Shown here: piece after piece, positions 1-9,671 of the stretch | How the letters are laid out: each line of letters begins with the position of its first letter | How positions within the stretch are numbered: position 1 is the first letter of the stretch | Notes under the pieces: model-generated | The model's input: only the letters and a program-made list of their open reading frames with translations | Database searches by the model: none | What the model was told of the DNA's origin: nothing | Position numbers and translations under genes: made by a program | Source: an uncultured Actinomycetota bacterium | Lineage (GTDB): Bacteria; Actinomycetota; UBA4738; HRBIN12 | Assembly: GCA_963711655.1 (NCBI GenBank) | Contig: CAVQEW010000015.1 | Coordinates: forward strand, 241,050 to 305,049 | DNA: 64,000 nt | Direction: 5' to 3'

Positions 1-1520
1 CAACCCCCGGGGCCCAGAGTGGTGATCCGTCGGCTGTCCATGCGGACCTCGACGTTCCCCTCGATGATGGCGTAGAAGCGGTCGCCGGCGTCACCCCGCT
101 CGATCGCGACGGCTCCTCGCGGCAAGGTGATCGGGATCAGGTTCCGCGCGAGCCGTTCGAGCGTGGGTGTCGGCAGCGGGGCGAAGATCGGGATCGACCT
201 GAGGAGCGCCATCTCCTTCGCGGGGATCCGGACCCCGACGTCGAGGGCAACGAGCGCACGCCGTCCCAGCAACGCGGCCGCGGGGAGGAGGAGGCCCGCC
301 GCGAGCAGCGTCCACCGGGTCCCGATCGCGACCACCACGAGCGAGGCGAGGAACGAGCCCACTCCTTCGCCGGCCATGTACAGCGACTCGAGAACCCCGA
401 AGGTCCTCGAGAGCTGCTTGTCCGGGATCAGTCGTTGCAGCATCACCCGCCCGTTGACCTCGGCCAGCGCGCCGCCCGCGCCGGACACTGCCAGGAAGCC
501 CGCCGCCAACGCCGGTTGGGCGGCGATCGCGGCGACCGAGAGGCCGCTCGACGACACCCCCCAGAGGAACGAGCGGGATGATCGCCATCGCAGCGCGAGA
601 CCGATCGCGAAAGCGGCGCCCACGACCGCGCCGACGCCGATCGAGGCGGTGAGGAAGCCGACCCCCGCATCGCCGCTGCCGATCAGGTCGAAGGCCAAGA
701 TCACGATCAAGACGTCAACGAACCCAAGCTGCACCATGGCGAGACCCATCGTGAGGACGAGGAGTAGCGAGCGGCGATCCTTGGCCACGGCCCGGATCCC
801 GATCATCGCGTCCGAGACGACGATCCGGACGCCTGACGTCCCGCCCTCCTCGGCAGGCTCGGTCCGGACCCGGATCGTCGCCACGGCCACGGTCCCCGCG
901 AGCAGGAGCGTGGCGAGGACGGCGTCCACCAGGCCGGGGCCGGAAAGGGATCCGGGTGCGAGCGTCATCACTCCGCCCGCCAGCAAGGGACCGACCAAGA
1001 TGCTGACGCTCTCCAGCAAGCCGGAGGCCGCGTAGGCGCTCGAGAGCTCTTCTGGGGTGTGCACGAGTCGGGGGAGGAGCGAGGCGTGCGTGGGTCGGAC
1101 GAGGGTGATCACCCACCCCGCCGACGTGCCCGCCGCGTAGACGAGGAACGCCGGCGCGCCCACGAGCAAGGCGACCGCGGCCACACCCGTCATGGCTGCG
1201 AGCGAGGCGTGTGCCATGAGCAGGACTCGCTCGCGCCGATGCCGGTCACCGAGCACGGATCCGATCGGCGCGATGATCGCGGCGGGGATCAGCTGGAGGA
1301 GGCTCACGAGACCGACCATCACGCTGCCGCCGTCCTGGTACGCGTAGACGATGAGCGCGATGAACCCGGCCCACTCGGTGATCGTGAACGCGAAGTAGGC
1401 GCCCAGCATCTTCGCGATGTCGGGCGATCGGAACGAGCTCGCGAGCGCCGTCAGCGATGTCCACACATCGGCGAAGACACCCTGCACGGCGGATCCGTCG
1501 TCCGGCTCGTCCTCCGTCAC
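1..1520 (-). CDS. MFS-type transporter with a C-terminal cyclic-nucleotide-binding (cNMP) domain; 3' end runs off the window
   Basis: Absent from the ORF track because it has no stop inside the window. My translation of the minus strand from GTG 1520..1518 (in-frame TAG three codons upstream) stays open to position 1. It gives long hydrophobic text (FAFTITEWAGFIALIVYAY, FLASLVVVAIGTRWTLLAAGLLLPAAALLG). This is followed by IPIFAPLPTPTLERLARNLIPITLPRGAVAIERGDAGDRFYAIIEGNVEVRMD, which looks like the start of a cNMP-binding beta-barrel. Confidence 0.7.
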   Translation of the reverse strand, partial: MTEDEPDDGSAVQGVFADVWTSLTALASSFRSPDIAKMLGAYFAFTITEWAGFIALIVYAYQDGGSVMVGLVSLLQLIPAAIIAPIGSVLGDRHRRERVLLMAHASLAAMTGVAAVALLVGAPAFLVYAAGTSAGWVITLVRPTHASLLPRLVHTPEELSSAYAASGLLESVSILVGPLLAGGVMTLAPGSLSGPGLVDAVLATLLLAGTVAVATIRVRTEPAEEGGTSGVRIVVSDAMIGIRAVAKDRRSLLLVLTMGLAMVQLGFVDVLIVILAFDLIGSGDAGVGFLTASIGVGAVVGAAFAIGLALRWRSSRSFLWGVSSSGLSVAAIAAQPALAAGFLAVSGAGGALAEVNGRVMLQRLIPDKQLSRTFGVLESLYMAGEGVGSFLASLVVVAIGTRWTLLAAGLLLPAAALLGRRALVALDVGVRIPAKEMALLRSIPIFAPLPTPTLERLARNLIPITLPRGAVAIERGDAGDRFYAIIEGNVEVRMDSRRITTLGPGG

Positions 1521-1667
1521 GAAGGCCGAAGTCTAGGTCAGGAGGGCATGCGCAGGGGCTGGGAGGCGTCCGGGCCCCCGTTGGGCTAGAGTCGATCCCG
1601 AAGAGCGGGGCCTCGCCTGGGGCCGACCGCGCATCACACCACCCTCTCCGTGAAAGGACCCTCGACC

Positions 1668-2981
1668 ATGTCGCGTCGTGTCCTGATCATGGGAGCCGCC
1701 GGCCGCGACTTCCACAACTTCAACGTCGTCTATCGCGACGACCCCACGGCCGAGGTCGTGGCGTTCACCGCCACCCAGATCCCGTACATCGACGATCGGA
1801 CCTACCCCGCCGAGATCGCGGGTTCGCGCTACCCGAACGGGATCCCGATCCACGAGGAGGAGGAGCTCACCCGCCTGATCGGTGAGCTCCGCGTGGACGA
1901 CGTCGTCTTCGCCTACTCCGACGTCACGCACGAATACGTGATGCACAGGGCGAGCGAAGCCCTCGCGGCCGGCGCGAACTTCCTCTTGCTGGGGCCCGAC
2001 GCCACGATGCTGCAACCCAAGATCCCAACGGTGGCGGTCACCGCAGTGCGGACGGGCGTCGGCAAGTCGCAGACGACACGCGCGGTGGCCGCGACGCTCA
2101 AGGAGGCGGGGAAGAAGGTCGTCGCGGTCCGCCACCCGATGCCGTACGGCGACCTGGTGGCCCAGCGGGTGCAGCGGTTCGCCGAGCTCGAGGACCTCGA
2201 CCGCTACGACTGCACGATCGAGGAGCGGGAGGAGTACGAGCCGCACATCATGACCGGAACCGTGATCTACGCGGGGGTCGACTACGCCGCGATCCTCGAG
2301 CAGGCGCAGGAGGAAGGTGACGTGCTCCTGTGGGACGGCGGGAACAACGATCTCCCGTTCTACCGACCGACCGTGCACATCGCGCTGGTCGATCCGCTGC
2401 GGGTCGGCCACGAGACCAGGTACCACCCGGGGGAAGCCAACCTTCGCCGGGCCGACGTCGTCTTGATCAACAAGATCGATTCGTCGACCCCCGAGCAGGT
2501 CGCCCAGCTCGACGCCACGATCGCGGAGACCAACCCCGGGGCGACGGTCGTGAAAGCGAACTCGTTGGTGTCGGTCGACGACCCGGACGCGATCGCCGGC
2601 AAGCGGGTGCTGGTGATCGAAGACGGTCCGACGCTCACGCACGGTGAGATGAAGATCGGCGCGGGGGTCGTCGCGGCGCAGCGGTTCGGCGCAGCCGAGA
2701 TCGTGGACCCGCGGCCGTGGGCGGTCGGCACGATCGCGGAGACGTTCGAGAAGTACGACGTGGGCGCCGTCCTTCCCGCGATGGGCTACAGCCAGGGTCA
2801 GCTGGACGAGATGGCGAAGATCATCGACGCGGCCGAGGCCGACCTCGTGGTGATCGGGACCCCGATCGATCTCCGCCACGTGATCGAGATCGGCAAGCCC
2901 GCGGTCAGGGTGCGGTACGACCTCGACGTCCTTCCGGACTCTCCGCAGTTGCTCGACGTGCTGAAGCCTGTGCTCTCGTAG
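1668..2981 (+). CDS. COG2403-like predicted P-loop GTPase (cyclic 2,3-diphosphoglycerate synthetase-like family)
   Basis: ORF track 1650..2981. I prefer ATG 1668 (MSRRVLIMGAAGRDFHNFNVVYRDD), which follows an AGGA. It has the P-loop-like motif TAVRTGVGKSQTT. Family assignment is from memory of this family's N-terminus and length (about 440 aa). Confidence 0.7.
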   Translation: MSRRVLIMGAAGRDFHNFNVVYRDDPTAEVVAFTATQIPYIDDRTYPAEIAGSRYPNGIPIHEEEELTRLIGELRVDDVVFAYSDVTHEYVMHRASEALAAGANFLLLGPDATMLQPKIPTVAVTAVRTGVGKSQTTRAVAATLKEAGKKVVAVRHPMPYGDLVAQRVQRFAELEDLDRYDCTIEEREEYEPHIMTGTVIYAGVDYAAILEQAQEEGDVLLWDGGNNDLPFYRPTVHIALVDPLRVGHETRYHPGEANLRRADVVLINKIDSSTPEQVAQLDATIAETNPGATVVKANSLVSVDDPDAIAGKRVLVIEDGPTLTHGEMKIGAGVVAAQRFGAAEIVDPRPWAVGTIAETFEKYDVGAVLPAMGYSQGQLDEMAKIIDAAEADLVVIGTPIDLRHVIEIGKPAVRVRYDLDVLPDSPQLLDVLKPVLS

Positions 2982-3022
2982 CGGCCTCAGTCCGAACGGC
3001 CCGGTGAAGGGAGCCGCCGAAC

Positions 3023-3961
3023 ATGGAACGCGTCGTCGTCGCGCTCGGCGGCAACGCGCTGCTCCGCCGCGGCGCGGATGACACGTTCGAGGAGATGTAC
3101 CGAGCCGCCCGCGCCGCCGCGGAGCGGATCGCCGAGATCGCGGCCGAAGGCTGGGAGGTCGTGGTCACGCACGGCAACGGGCCTCAGGTCGGCAGGATCC
3201 TGATCCAACAGGAGGCCGCGGCGAAGACCGTCTCGCCGATGCCACTCGACGTCTGTGGCGCTGAGAGCCAAGGGCTCATCGGCTACCTGCTCCAGGTCAC
3301 GATCGGCGACGTCTTCTTCGAGCGAGGGATGGAGCGTCCCGTGGCGACGGTCCTCTCCCTGACCCGCGTTCGACCTCAGGACCCCGCGTTCCGCAAGCCC
3401 TCGAAGTTCATCGGACCCTTCTACACGGCCGCCCAGGCGAGGAGGCACGAGGAGCAGCGCGGCTGGGTCCTCAAGGAGGATCCGCACGGAGGCTGGCGCC
3501 GGGTCGTTCCGTCGCCTCGCCCGTACTCGATCGTCGAGACGCCGATCGTGAAGCGATTGGTCGCCGACGGGGTGATCGTGATCGCCGGCGGCGGGGGCGG
3601 TGTGCCGGTGATCGAGAAGGGCCCTCGGCTCATCGGCAAGGAAGGCGTGGTCGACAAGGACCTCGCCTCGGCGATCCTCGCCGCCGAGGTGGAAGCCAGC
3701 ACGCTCCTGATCCTCACCGACGTGGAGAAGGTCCAACGCGGGTTCGGCACGCTCTACCCGGCCGCGATCGACCGGATGACCGCCGACGAGGCGGCCGATC
3801 TCCTGAAACGGGGCGAGTTCGGTGCCGGGTCGATGGGACCCAAGGTGCAGGCCGCGATCGATTTCCTCGAGGCGGGCGGCAAACGCGTGATGATCGGCGA
3901 TCTCGACGAGGCGCCCGCGGTGCTCCGCGGCGAGGCGGGCACCGAGATCGTGCCGGCGTGA
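3023..3961 (+). CDS. arcC: carbamate kinase
   Basis: 312 aa. MERVVVALGGNALLRRG ... VVTHGNGPQVG ... IAGGGGGVPV are typical carbamate kinase / amino-acid-kinase motifs. Confidence 0.9.
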   Translation: MERVVVALGGNALLRRGADDTFEEMYRAARAAAERIAEIAAEGWEVVVTHGNGPQVGRILIQQEAAAKTVSPMPLDVCGAESQGLIGYLLQVTIGDVFFERGMERPVATVLSLTRVRPQDPAFRKPSKFIGPFYTAAQARRHEEQRGWVLKEDPHGGWRRVVPSPRPYSIVETPIVKRLVADGVIVIAGGGGGVPVIEKGPRLIGKEGVVDKDLASAILAAEVEASTLLILTDVEKVQRGFGTLYPAAIDRMTADEAADLLKRGEFGAGSMGPKVQAAIDFLEAGGKRVMIGDLDEAPAVLRGEAGTEIVPA

Positions 3962-4629
3962 CCACCCGCATCCTCCGCGTCGCCACCTGGAACGTACACG
4001 GCCTCCGGGGCGGCGTGGCGGCCGTCGCGCGCGCGGTGCGGGACGAGGCGGTCGACGTCCTGCTGCTCCAGGAATCCGGACCGCGCGGACGACTTCGGGA
4101 GCTGGGGGAGGAGCTGGACTGGATCGTGTGTGCCGACCCGCGAGCGTTCCCACGGCGGCGCATCCAGAACGCCGTGTTGTGCAGACCCTCGCAGGCCGGC
4201 CGGATCCGGTCTCACCTCGTCCGGTTCGAGGGCGGTTCCCACCTCCATCCTCGAGGCGCGCTGCTCGCGGAGACCGACGCGGGATGGACCGCCGTCTCGG
4301 TCCACCTCGGCCTCCGCGGTCCCGAGCGAGGTCGCCACGTCGAGCAGCTCGCGAAGATGATCGAGGGGTCTCCGAGCACGTTCGTGATCGGCGCCGACCT
4401 GAACGCCTTCCCTGAAGATCCGGGACCCGCTGCCGTCGGCCGTTGGGCGACGGACAGCTGGGCGACCGTGGGTGAGGGGACCGGCGCCACCTTCCCGGCC
4501 CTCGAGCCGACGGCTCGCATCGACTACCTCTTCGTGGGGCCGGCGATCAAGCCCCTGCGTGCGTGGACCGTCACCTCGACGGCCTCCGACCACCTGATGG
4601 TGGTCGCCGAGGTGGCGCTGGATCGCTAG
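3958..4629 (+). CDS. endonuclease/exonuclease/phosphatase (EEP) family protein
   Basis: 223 aa. The GTG start overlaps the arcC stop (GTGA). It has RVATWNVHGLRGG at the N-terminus and SDHLMVVAEV at the C-terminus, as in EEP-fold enzymes. Confidence 0.75.
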   Translation: MTTRILRVATWNVHGLRGGVAAVARAVRDEAVDVLLLQESGPRGRLRELGEELDWIVCADPRAFPRRRIQNAVLCRPSQAGRIRSHLVRFEGGSHLHPRGALLAETDAGWTAVSVHLGLRGPERGRHVEQLAKMIEGSPSTFVIGADLNAFPEDPGPAAVGRWATDSWATVGEGTGATFPALEPTARIDYLFVGPAIKPLRAWTVTSTASDHLMVVAEVALDR

Positions 4630-4766
4630 GAGCGAGGGCGCGACGAGCGGCCCGGCGTCCGGAACAGCTGGAGCGCCATGAACAGGCCGGCGACGCTCAC
4701 CGCGACCACCAGGAACGACAGCAGCCCGAGGAAGAACCACTCCAGGAAGCCGTTGATCGCGAGCAC
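4626..4766 (-). CDS. possible 46-aa single-pass membrane peptide
   Basis: My translation from GTG 4766 gives VLAINGFLEWFFLGLLSFLVVAVSVAGLFMALQLFRTPGRSSRPRS*. It has one clear hydrophobic helix and a basic tail. It is below the ORF-track length cutoff, and I can recognise no homology. Confidence 0.25.
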   Translation of the reverse strand: MLAINGFLEWFFLGLLSFLVVAVSVAGLFMALQLFRTPGRSSRPRS

Positions 4767-4817
4767 GTGGCCATCCTACCCAGCGGTCGGTCTCGGGCCG
4801 TTCGGTAGGGTGACGCG

Positions 4818-5847
4818 ATGCGCCTCGGGGTGCTCACCGGAGGGGGAGACTGCCCCGGCCTGAACGCCGTGATCCGCGCGGTCGTCCGCCGAGGCGTCCT
4901 CGCTCACGGGATGGAGTTCCTCGGGTTCCAGGACGGCTGGCGAGGGCTGCTCGAGGACGCGACCCAGCCGCTCGGCGATCGCACAGACGACCGGGATCCT
5001 GCCTCGAGGAGGGACGATCCTCGGGTCCTCGGGGGCGAACCCGCTCCTCGTCTCCGGAGGTCCGGAGAAGGTGGTCGCCGCGCTCGAACACCACCGGGTG
5101 GACGGGCTCGTCGTGATCGGCGGGGAGGGCACCCTCGGGGCGGCCGCGGAGCTCGCCGACCGTGGGATGAAGATCGTGGGCGTCCCGAAGACCATCGACA
5201 ACGACCTCGGCGGCACGGACGTGACCGTCGGGTTCCACACGGCGGTCCAGGTGGCCACGGACGCGATCGATCGTTTGCACTCGACCGCCGAGAGCCACGA
5301 CCGCGTGATGGTGGTCGAGGTGATGGGCCGCCACGCCGGCTGGATCGCCGTCTACGCGGGCATGGCCGGCGGCGCCGACGTGATACTGATCCCCGAGCAG
5401 CCGTTCGACCTGGACGAGGTCTGTCGGCACCTCCGCCATCGGCACGCCACCCGGACCTCCTTCTCGATCGTGGTCGTCGCCGAAGGCGCGATGCCCAAGG
5501 ACGGGACCCTGGAGCTTCCCGAACCGCCGCTGGACGAGAACGGCTTCCCGAGGCTCGGCGGGCTGGCCACCCACCTCGCGCCGGAGATGGAGCGGCGGAC
5601 CGGGTTCCAGACGCGGGTGACGATCCTCGGGCACGTGCAGCGGGGAGGCTCCCCGGTGGCCTTCGATCGCGTGCTCGCGACCCGCTTCGGCGTCGCGGCC
5701 GCCGACCTGGCCGCCGCGGGAGGGTGGGGCCGGATGGTGGCGCGGAAGGCGCAGGACGTCCGGGACGTGCCGATCGCGGAGGCGGTCGCGGAGCGCAACC
5801 TCGTCCCGGTGCAGCGTTTCCGGGAAGCCGAGGTCTTCTTCGGATAG
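4818..5847 (+). pseudogene. pfkA: 6-phosphofructokinase, ATP-type signature; one +1 frameshift as sequenced
   Basis: The N-terminus [26 protein letters not shown]...[11 protein letters not shown] lies in the frame of ORF 4818. The rest ([14 protein letters not shown]...[12 protein letters not shown]...[10 protein letters not shown]...MGRHAGW...HVQRGG) lies in the frame of ORF 5071..5847, which is frame +1. The junction is at about 4985-4995. Confidence 0.85.
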
Positions 5848-5877
5848 GCGTGTCCCGACCCGATGTAGGGTCGAGAC

Positions 5878-7026
5878 ATGCGCATCGGGATCCTCACAGG
5901 AGGCGGGGACGTCCCCGGACTCAACGCCTGCATCAAGGCCGCGACCAATCGCGCCGTCGGCGACGGGCACGAGATGGTCGGGATCCGCCGTGGCTGGGCG
6001 GGGTTGCTCGAGCTCGACCCCTCCGATCCGTCGTCCACGGCGACCCACACGGTCCGGCTCGACCCCGACGTGGTGCGGACGATCGACCGGACCGGGGGCA
6101 CGATCCTGCACACGTCGCGGACGAACCCGGCCAAGGTCAGCGCCTCCGACGAGCCCGACTTCCTGAAGGCCGGCCGCGTCGACGACGAGGCGCGGGACCA
6201 CACGTCGCACGTGATGGCCGTGCTGGATCACCTCGGGATCGACGCCATGATCCCGATCGGAGGGGACGACACGCTCTCGTTCGCGCTCCGGCTGCACGAC
6301 GAAGGGGTGCCGGTGGTCGCGGTGCCGAAGACGATGGACAACGACGTCCACGGCACCGACTACTGCATCGGGTTCTCGACCGCGGTGACGCGGACCGTGA
6401 TCTTCATCCACCAGCTCCGGACGAGCGCCGGCTCCCACGAGCGGCTCGCGGTCGTCGAGGTGTTCGGTCGCTACAGCGGGGAGACCTCGCTCGTCTCGGC
6501 GTACCTCTCGGGTATGGATCGCGCGATCATCAGCGAGGTCCCGTTCGACGTCGAGAAGCTCGCCACGTTCCTGATGGACGACAAGCGGAAGAACCCCTCC
6601 CGGTACGCGATGACCACGATCTCCGAGGGCGCGCACTTCGTCGGCGGAGAGATGGTGATGGGCGGGACCGCGGACGCGTACGGGCATCGCAAGCTGGGCG
6701 GGATCGGTGCACAGACCGGCGAGGCACTGAAGGAGATCACCGGCGAAGGCATCATCTACCAGCAGGTCGGCTACCTGATGCGCTCGGGGCAACCCGACGC
6801 CCTCGACCTGATGGTCGCGACGAACTATGCCGTGATGGCGGCCGATCTGCTCCTGGAGGGCACGCGCGGGCGCCTCGTCGCCCTTCGCAACGGGATCTAC
6901 GTGAACGTCCCGATCGAGGTCGTTCGGCAGGGTGTGAAGCGGGTCGACATCGAGGCGCTCTACGACACGGACGAATACCGCCCGAAGATCCGCCACGTCG
7001 ACGGCAAGCCGATGTTCCTCTACTGA
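5878..7026 (+). CDS. pfp: phosphofructokinase paralogue with a PPi-type signature (GGDD, PKTMDND)
   Basis: 382 aa, intact. Motifs are [47 protein letters not shown] and [14 protein letters not shown]. It has Asp at the position equivalent to E. coli PFK Gly104. Confidence 0.8.
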   Translation: MRIGILTGGGDVPGLNACIKAATNRAVGDGHEMVGIRRGWAGLLELDPSDPSSTATHTVRLDPDVVRTIDRTGGTILHTSRTNPAKVSASDEPDFLKAGRVDDEARDHTSHVMAVLDHLGIDAMIPIGGDDTLSFALRLHDEGVPVVAVPKTMDNDVHGTDYCIGFSTAVTRTVIFIHQLRTSAGSHERLAVVEVFGRYSGETSLVSAYLSGMDRAIISEVPFDVEKLATFLMDDKRKNPSRYAMTTISEGAHFVGGEMVMGGTADAYGHRKLGGIGAQTGEALKEITGEGIIYQQVGYLMRSGQPDALDLMVATNYAVMAADLLLEGTRGRLVALRNGIYVNVPIEVVRQGVKRVDIEALYDTDEYRPKIRHVDGKPMFLY

Positions 7027-7080
7027 GAGGAGTCGACCGTACGCGTCCTGCGGGCGGATGCGGAGGCACGGAGGCGGCGG

Positions 7081-7761
7081 ATGACGACGATCGGGACGCT
7101 ACGGAGCGTGAGAAAACGGCTCCTCGAAGAGGGAACGGTGACCGCGCGGACGGACGGCCGATCTCGCGACCTGTTCCCCATCTCGATCGGTGAGCGCGAG
7201 GGACGTGCCCTCTTGGATTGGGTGCGCAAGGAAGGTGCTGCTCGGACGCTCGAGACCGGCTTGGGTTTCGCGATCTCGACCCTCTTCATCTGCGAAGGGC
7301 TGCTCGCGAACGGCGGAGGGAAGCACGTTGCGTCCGACCCCTTCCAGTTCGAGGGTCTTGCGAACCATCGGACGACCTATGCAGGCGTCGGACTACAGAT
7401 CCTCGAAGACGCCGGCGTTCGTGACCTCGTCGAGTTCCATCCGGAGGAGTCGCAGATCACCTTGCCGCGGTTACTGGCCGACGGACGACGATTCGACCTC
7501 GCGTTCATCGATGGCAACCACCGCTTCGAAGGTGTGCTTCTCGACCTCGTCTTTGCGGGTCGACTCCTCGAGGAAGGCGGCGTGCTGTTCGTCGATGACG
7601 TCCACCTTCCCGGTGTGGAGAAAGCCGTCAACTTCTGTCTGCAGAACCTGGGCTGGAGGAGCGAAGCCCGGGGGGACGAGGACGATCACTGGTGGATCGT
7701 CCTCCGCACTGGTCCCCGCGATGTGTACGTACGTCCCTTCGAGGACTTCGTGGACTTCTGA
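7081..7761 (+). CDS. class I SAM-dependent methyltransferase (O-methyltransferase-like)
   Basis: 226 aa. [15 protein letters not shown] (SAM-binding glycine-rich loop) and [18 protein letters not shown] resemble the Methyltransf_24/CmcI-like fold. Confidence 0.6.
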   Translation: MTTIGTLRSVRKRLLEEGTVTARTDGRSRDLFPISIGEREGRALLDWVRKEGAARTLETGLGFAISTLFICEGLLANGGGKHVASDPFQFEGLANHRTTYAGVGLQILEDAGVRDLVEFHPEESQITLPRLLADGRRFDLAFIDGNHRFEGVLLDLVFAGRLLEEGGVLFVDDVHLPGVEKAVNFCLQNLGWRSEARGDEDDHWWIVLRTGPRDVYVRPFEDFVDF

Positions 7762-7815
7762 CAGCTCCGTCGGACCGAAGGAACACCAGGAACGCACCGG
7801 TTAAACTCGCGCGCC

Positions 7816-8883
7816 ATGAGCTCCTTCCGCGTCGACCTCCGTTCCGACACCGTCACGAAGCCGTCCGAGGCGATGCGCCGCGCGATGGCCCAGGCGGAGG
7901 TCGGCGACGACTGGTACGACGACGACCCGACCGTGAACCTCCTGCAGGAACGGTGCGCCGAGGCCGTGGGCAAGGAGGCCGGGGCGTTCGTTCCCACGGG
8001 CACGATGGCGAATCAGATCGGGCTCCGGCTGCACTTCTCCGGACCCGGACACCTCGTCGCTGCAGCGGCCGGACTCCATGTGACGAGCGTCGAGGTGATG
8101 ACGGCCGCGGCACTGGCCGGCATCGCCTACCGGACCGTCGACGCAGGCCCTCGGGGCTGGATCGACGCCGAGCAGGCCGCCCAGCTGCTCGAGCCGGACG
8201 AGTTCTACGACGTCGAGGTGATCGACCTCCTCTCGGTGGAGGACACGGTCGGCGGCGTCGGCGGCCGTGTGATGCCCCTCGAGGAGCTCCGGGCCGTCCG
8301 CAAGGTCGCGAACGATGCTGGCGTGCCCGTGCACCTCGACGGGGCACGCATCTTCAACGCAGCGGCGGCCTCCGGGGTGGACGCTGCCGAGATCGCCGCG
8401 GAGGTGGACACACTCATGTTCTGCCTCTCCAAGGGCCTCGGCGCCCCGATCGGCTCGGTCCTGTGCGGGCCGACCGACATGGCGCGAGAGGCCCGACGCC
8501 TGAAGATCCTGTACGGCGGTGCGTGGCGTCAGGCCGGGATCGTCGCCGCCGCCGGGCTCATCGCCCTCGAGGAAGGGCCGAAGCGACTCCACGAGGACCA
8601 CGAGCGAGCTCGTCACCTCGCCGAAGGCGTCGCCGAGGCGCTCCCCGGCTCCGTGGATCTCGACCAGGTTGAAACGAACATGGTCCTCGTCGACACCGAA
8701 GCCGTGGGGATGCCGATGCTCGAGGCGATCGAGCGGTTGGCGGCCCTCGGGGTCGGCGTGACCCATTCGGGCGGGAAGATCCGGATGGTCACGCATCTCG
8801 ATGTCGACGACGCCGGCATCGGGGTCGCGCTCGATGCCTGGCGCAGCCTCGCGGCCGAAGTGAAGAGGGGAGAAACCGCCTGA
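7816..8883 (+). CDS. ltaE: low-specificity L-threonine aldolase
   Basis: 355 aa. VDLRSDTVTKPSEAMRRAM...GDDWYDDDPTVNLL...PTGTMANQ...CLSKGLGAPIGS (PLP lysine context) is the typical beta-eliminating lyase / threonine aldolase pattern. Confidence 0.85.
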   Translation: MSSFRVDLRSDTVTKPSEAMRRAMAQAEVGDDWYDDDPTVNLLQERCAEAVGKEAGAFVPTGTMANQIGLRLHFSGPGHLVAAAAGLHVTSVEVMTAAALAGIAYRTVDAGPRGWIDAEQAAQLLEPDEFYDVEVIDLLSVEDTVGGVGGRVMPLEELRAVRKVANDAGVPVHLDGARIFNAAAASGVDAAEIAAEVDTLMFCLSKGLGAPIGSVLCGPTDMAREARRLKILYGGAWRQAGIVAAAGLIALEEGPKRLHEDHERARHLAEGVAEALPGSVDLDQVETNMVLVDTEAVGMPMLEAIERLAALGVGVTHSGGKIRMVTHLDVDDAGIGVALDAWRSLAAEVKRGETA

Positions 8884-9671
8884 TGGCGCTGTTCTCGAAG
8901 AACTATCCACCCGAGATCGCTCAGCGGATCCCGCCGGGACAGCGGCTGGTGAAGACCTGGCCGGTCCTTCATTACGGACCGATCCCGACGTTCGACGGGC
9001 AGGACTGGGACCTGGAACTGACCGGGCTCGTGGAGAACCCGGTGACGCTTTCGTATCAGGAGCTCCGCGCGCTGCCGAACGTCGACGTGCCGGCCGACAT
9101 GCACTGCGTGACCGGCTGGACGACGCTCGACAACTCCTGGCACGGGGTCTCGTTCCGGACGCTGCTGGACCTCGCGAAGCCGACACCCGAAGCGAAGTGG
9201 GTGATCACTCACTGCGCGTATGGCTACACCTCGAACCTCTCCCTCGAGGCGATGGACGATGACGACGTCCTCGTCGCGTGGGCGAACGGGGGACAGGACC
9301 TCGAGCCGGAACACGGCTGGCCTCTCCGCCTCGTGGTGCCGAAGCGATACGCATGGAAGAGCGCCAAGTGGCTCACTGGCCTCGAGTTCGTCGACAAGAA
9401 CAAGCGGGGATTCTGGGAGGTGCGGGGCTACCACACGCACGCCGAGCCGTTCGGCGAGGAGCGGTACTCGTACCAGGAGGGTCCTCGGGCGGAGTCGAGC
9501 CCTAGCGCCGACAGATCCCGCCGAGGCTCGGGCGTGCCCGCCGGTGCCCTCCTATCCCACCCGGCGCTCGCTTGGCGACGCCGCAGGGCACGACGGCGGC
9601 GAGACTGGCCGATACCACGACGGCGCCGACCGCGACGCCGATCGAGGGGGATGCGGGACGACGCGGAGTAG
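8883..9671 (+). CDS. sulfite-oxidase-like molybdopterin oxidoreductase (Oxidored_molyb domain only); C-terminal ~55 aa doubtful
   Basis: The text reads PPGQRLVKTWPVLHYGPIP...LELTGLVENPVTLSYQELRALP...MHCVTGWTTLDNSWHGV...HGWPLRLVVPKRYAWKSAKWLTGLEFVDKNKRGFWEVRGYH. After ...EERYSYQE it becomes Arg/Pro-rich low complexity (RRRRARRRRDWPIPRRRRPRRRSRG), antisense to a hydrophobic minus-strand ORF. The real stop is probably near 9480-9505. Confidence 0.75.
   Translation: MALFSKNYPPEIAQRIPPGQRLVKTWPVLHYGPIPTFDGQDWDLELTGLVENPVTLSYQELRALPNVDVPADMHCVTGWTTLDNSWHGVSFRTLLDLAKPTPEAKWVITHCAYGYTSNLSLEAMDDDDVLVAWANGGQDLEPEHGWPLRLVVPKRYAWKSAKWLTGLEFVDKNKRGFWEVRGYHTHAEPFGEERYSYQEGPRAESSPSADRSRRGSGVPAGALLSHPALAWRRRRARRRRDWPIPRRRRPRRRSRGMRDDAE

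Noticed and set aside
4818-7193. The 791-aa plus-strand ORF and the 720-aa minus-strand ORF (4834..6996) spanning both PFK genes.
   Set aside because: Only the first ~55 codons of the plus ORF are PFK text. The remainder, and the whole minus ORF, are low-complexity Arg/Gly/Asp/Pro text typical of off-frame reading in GC-rich DNA. The real genes occupy other frames.
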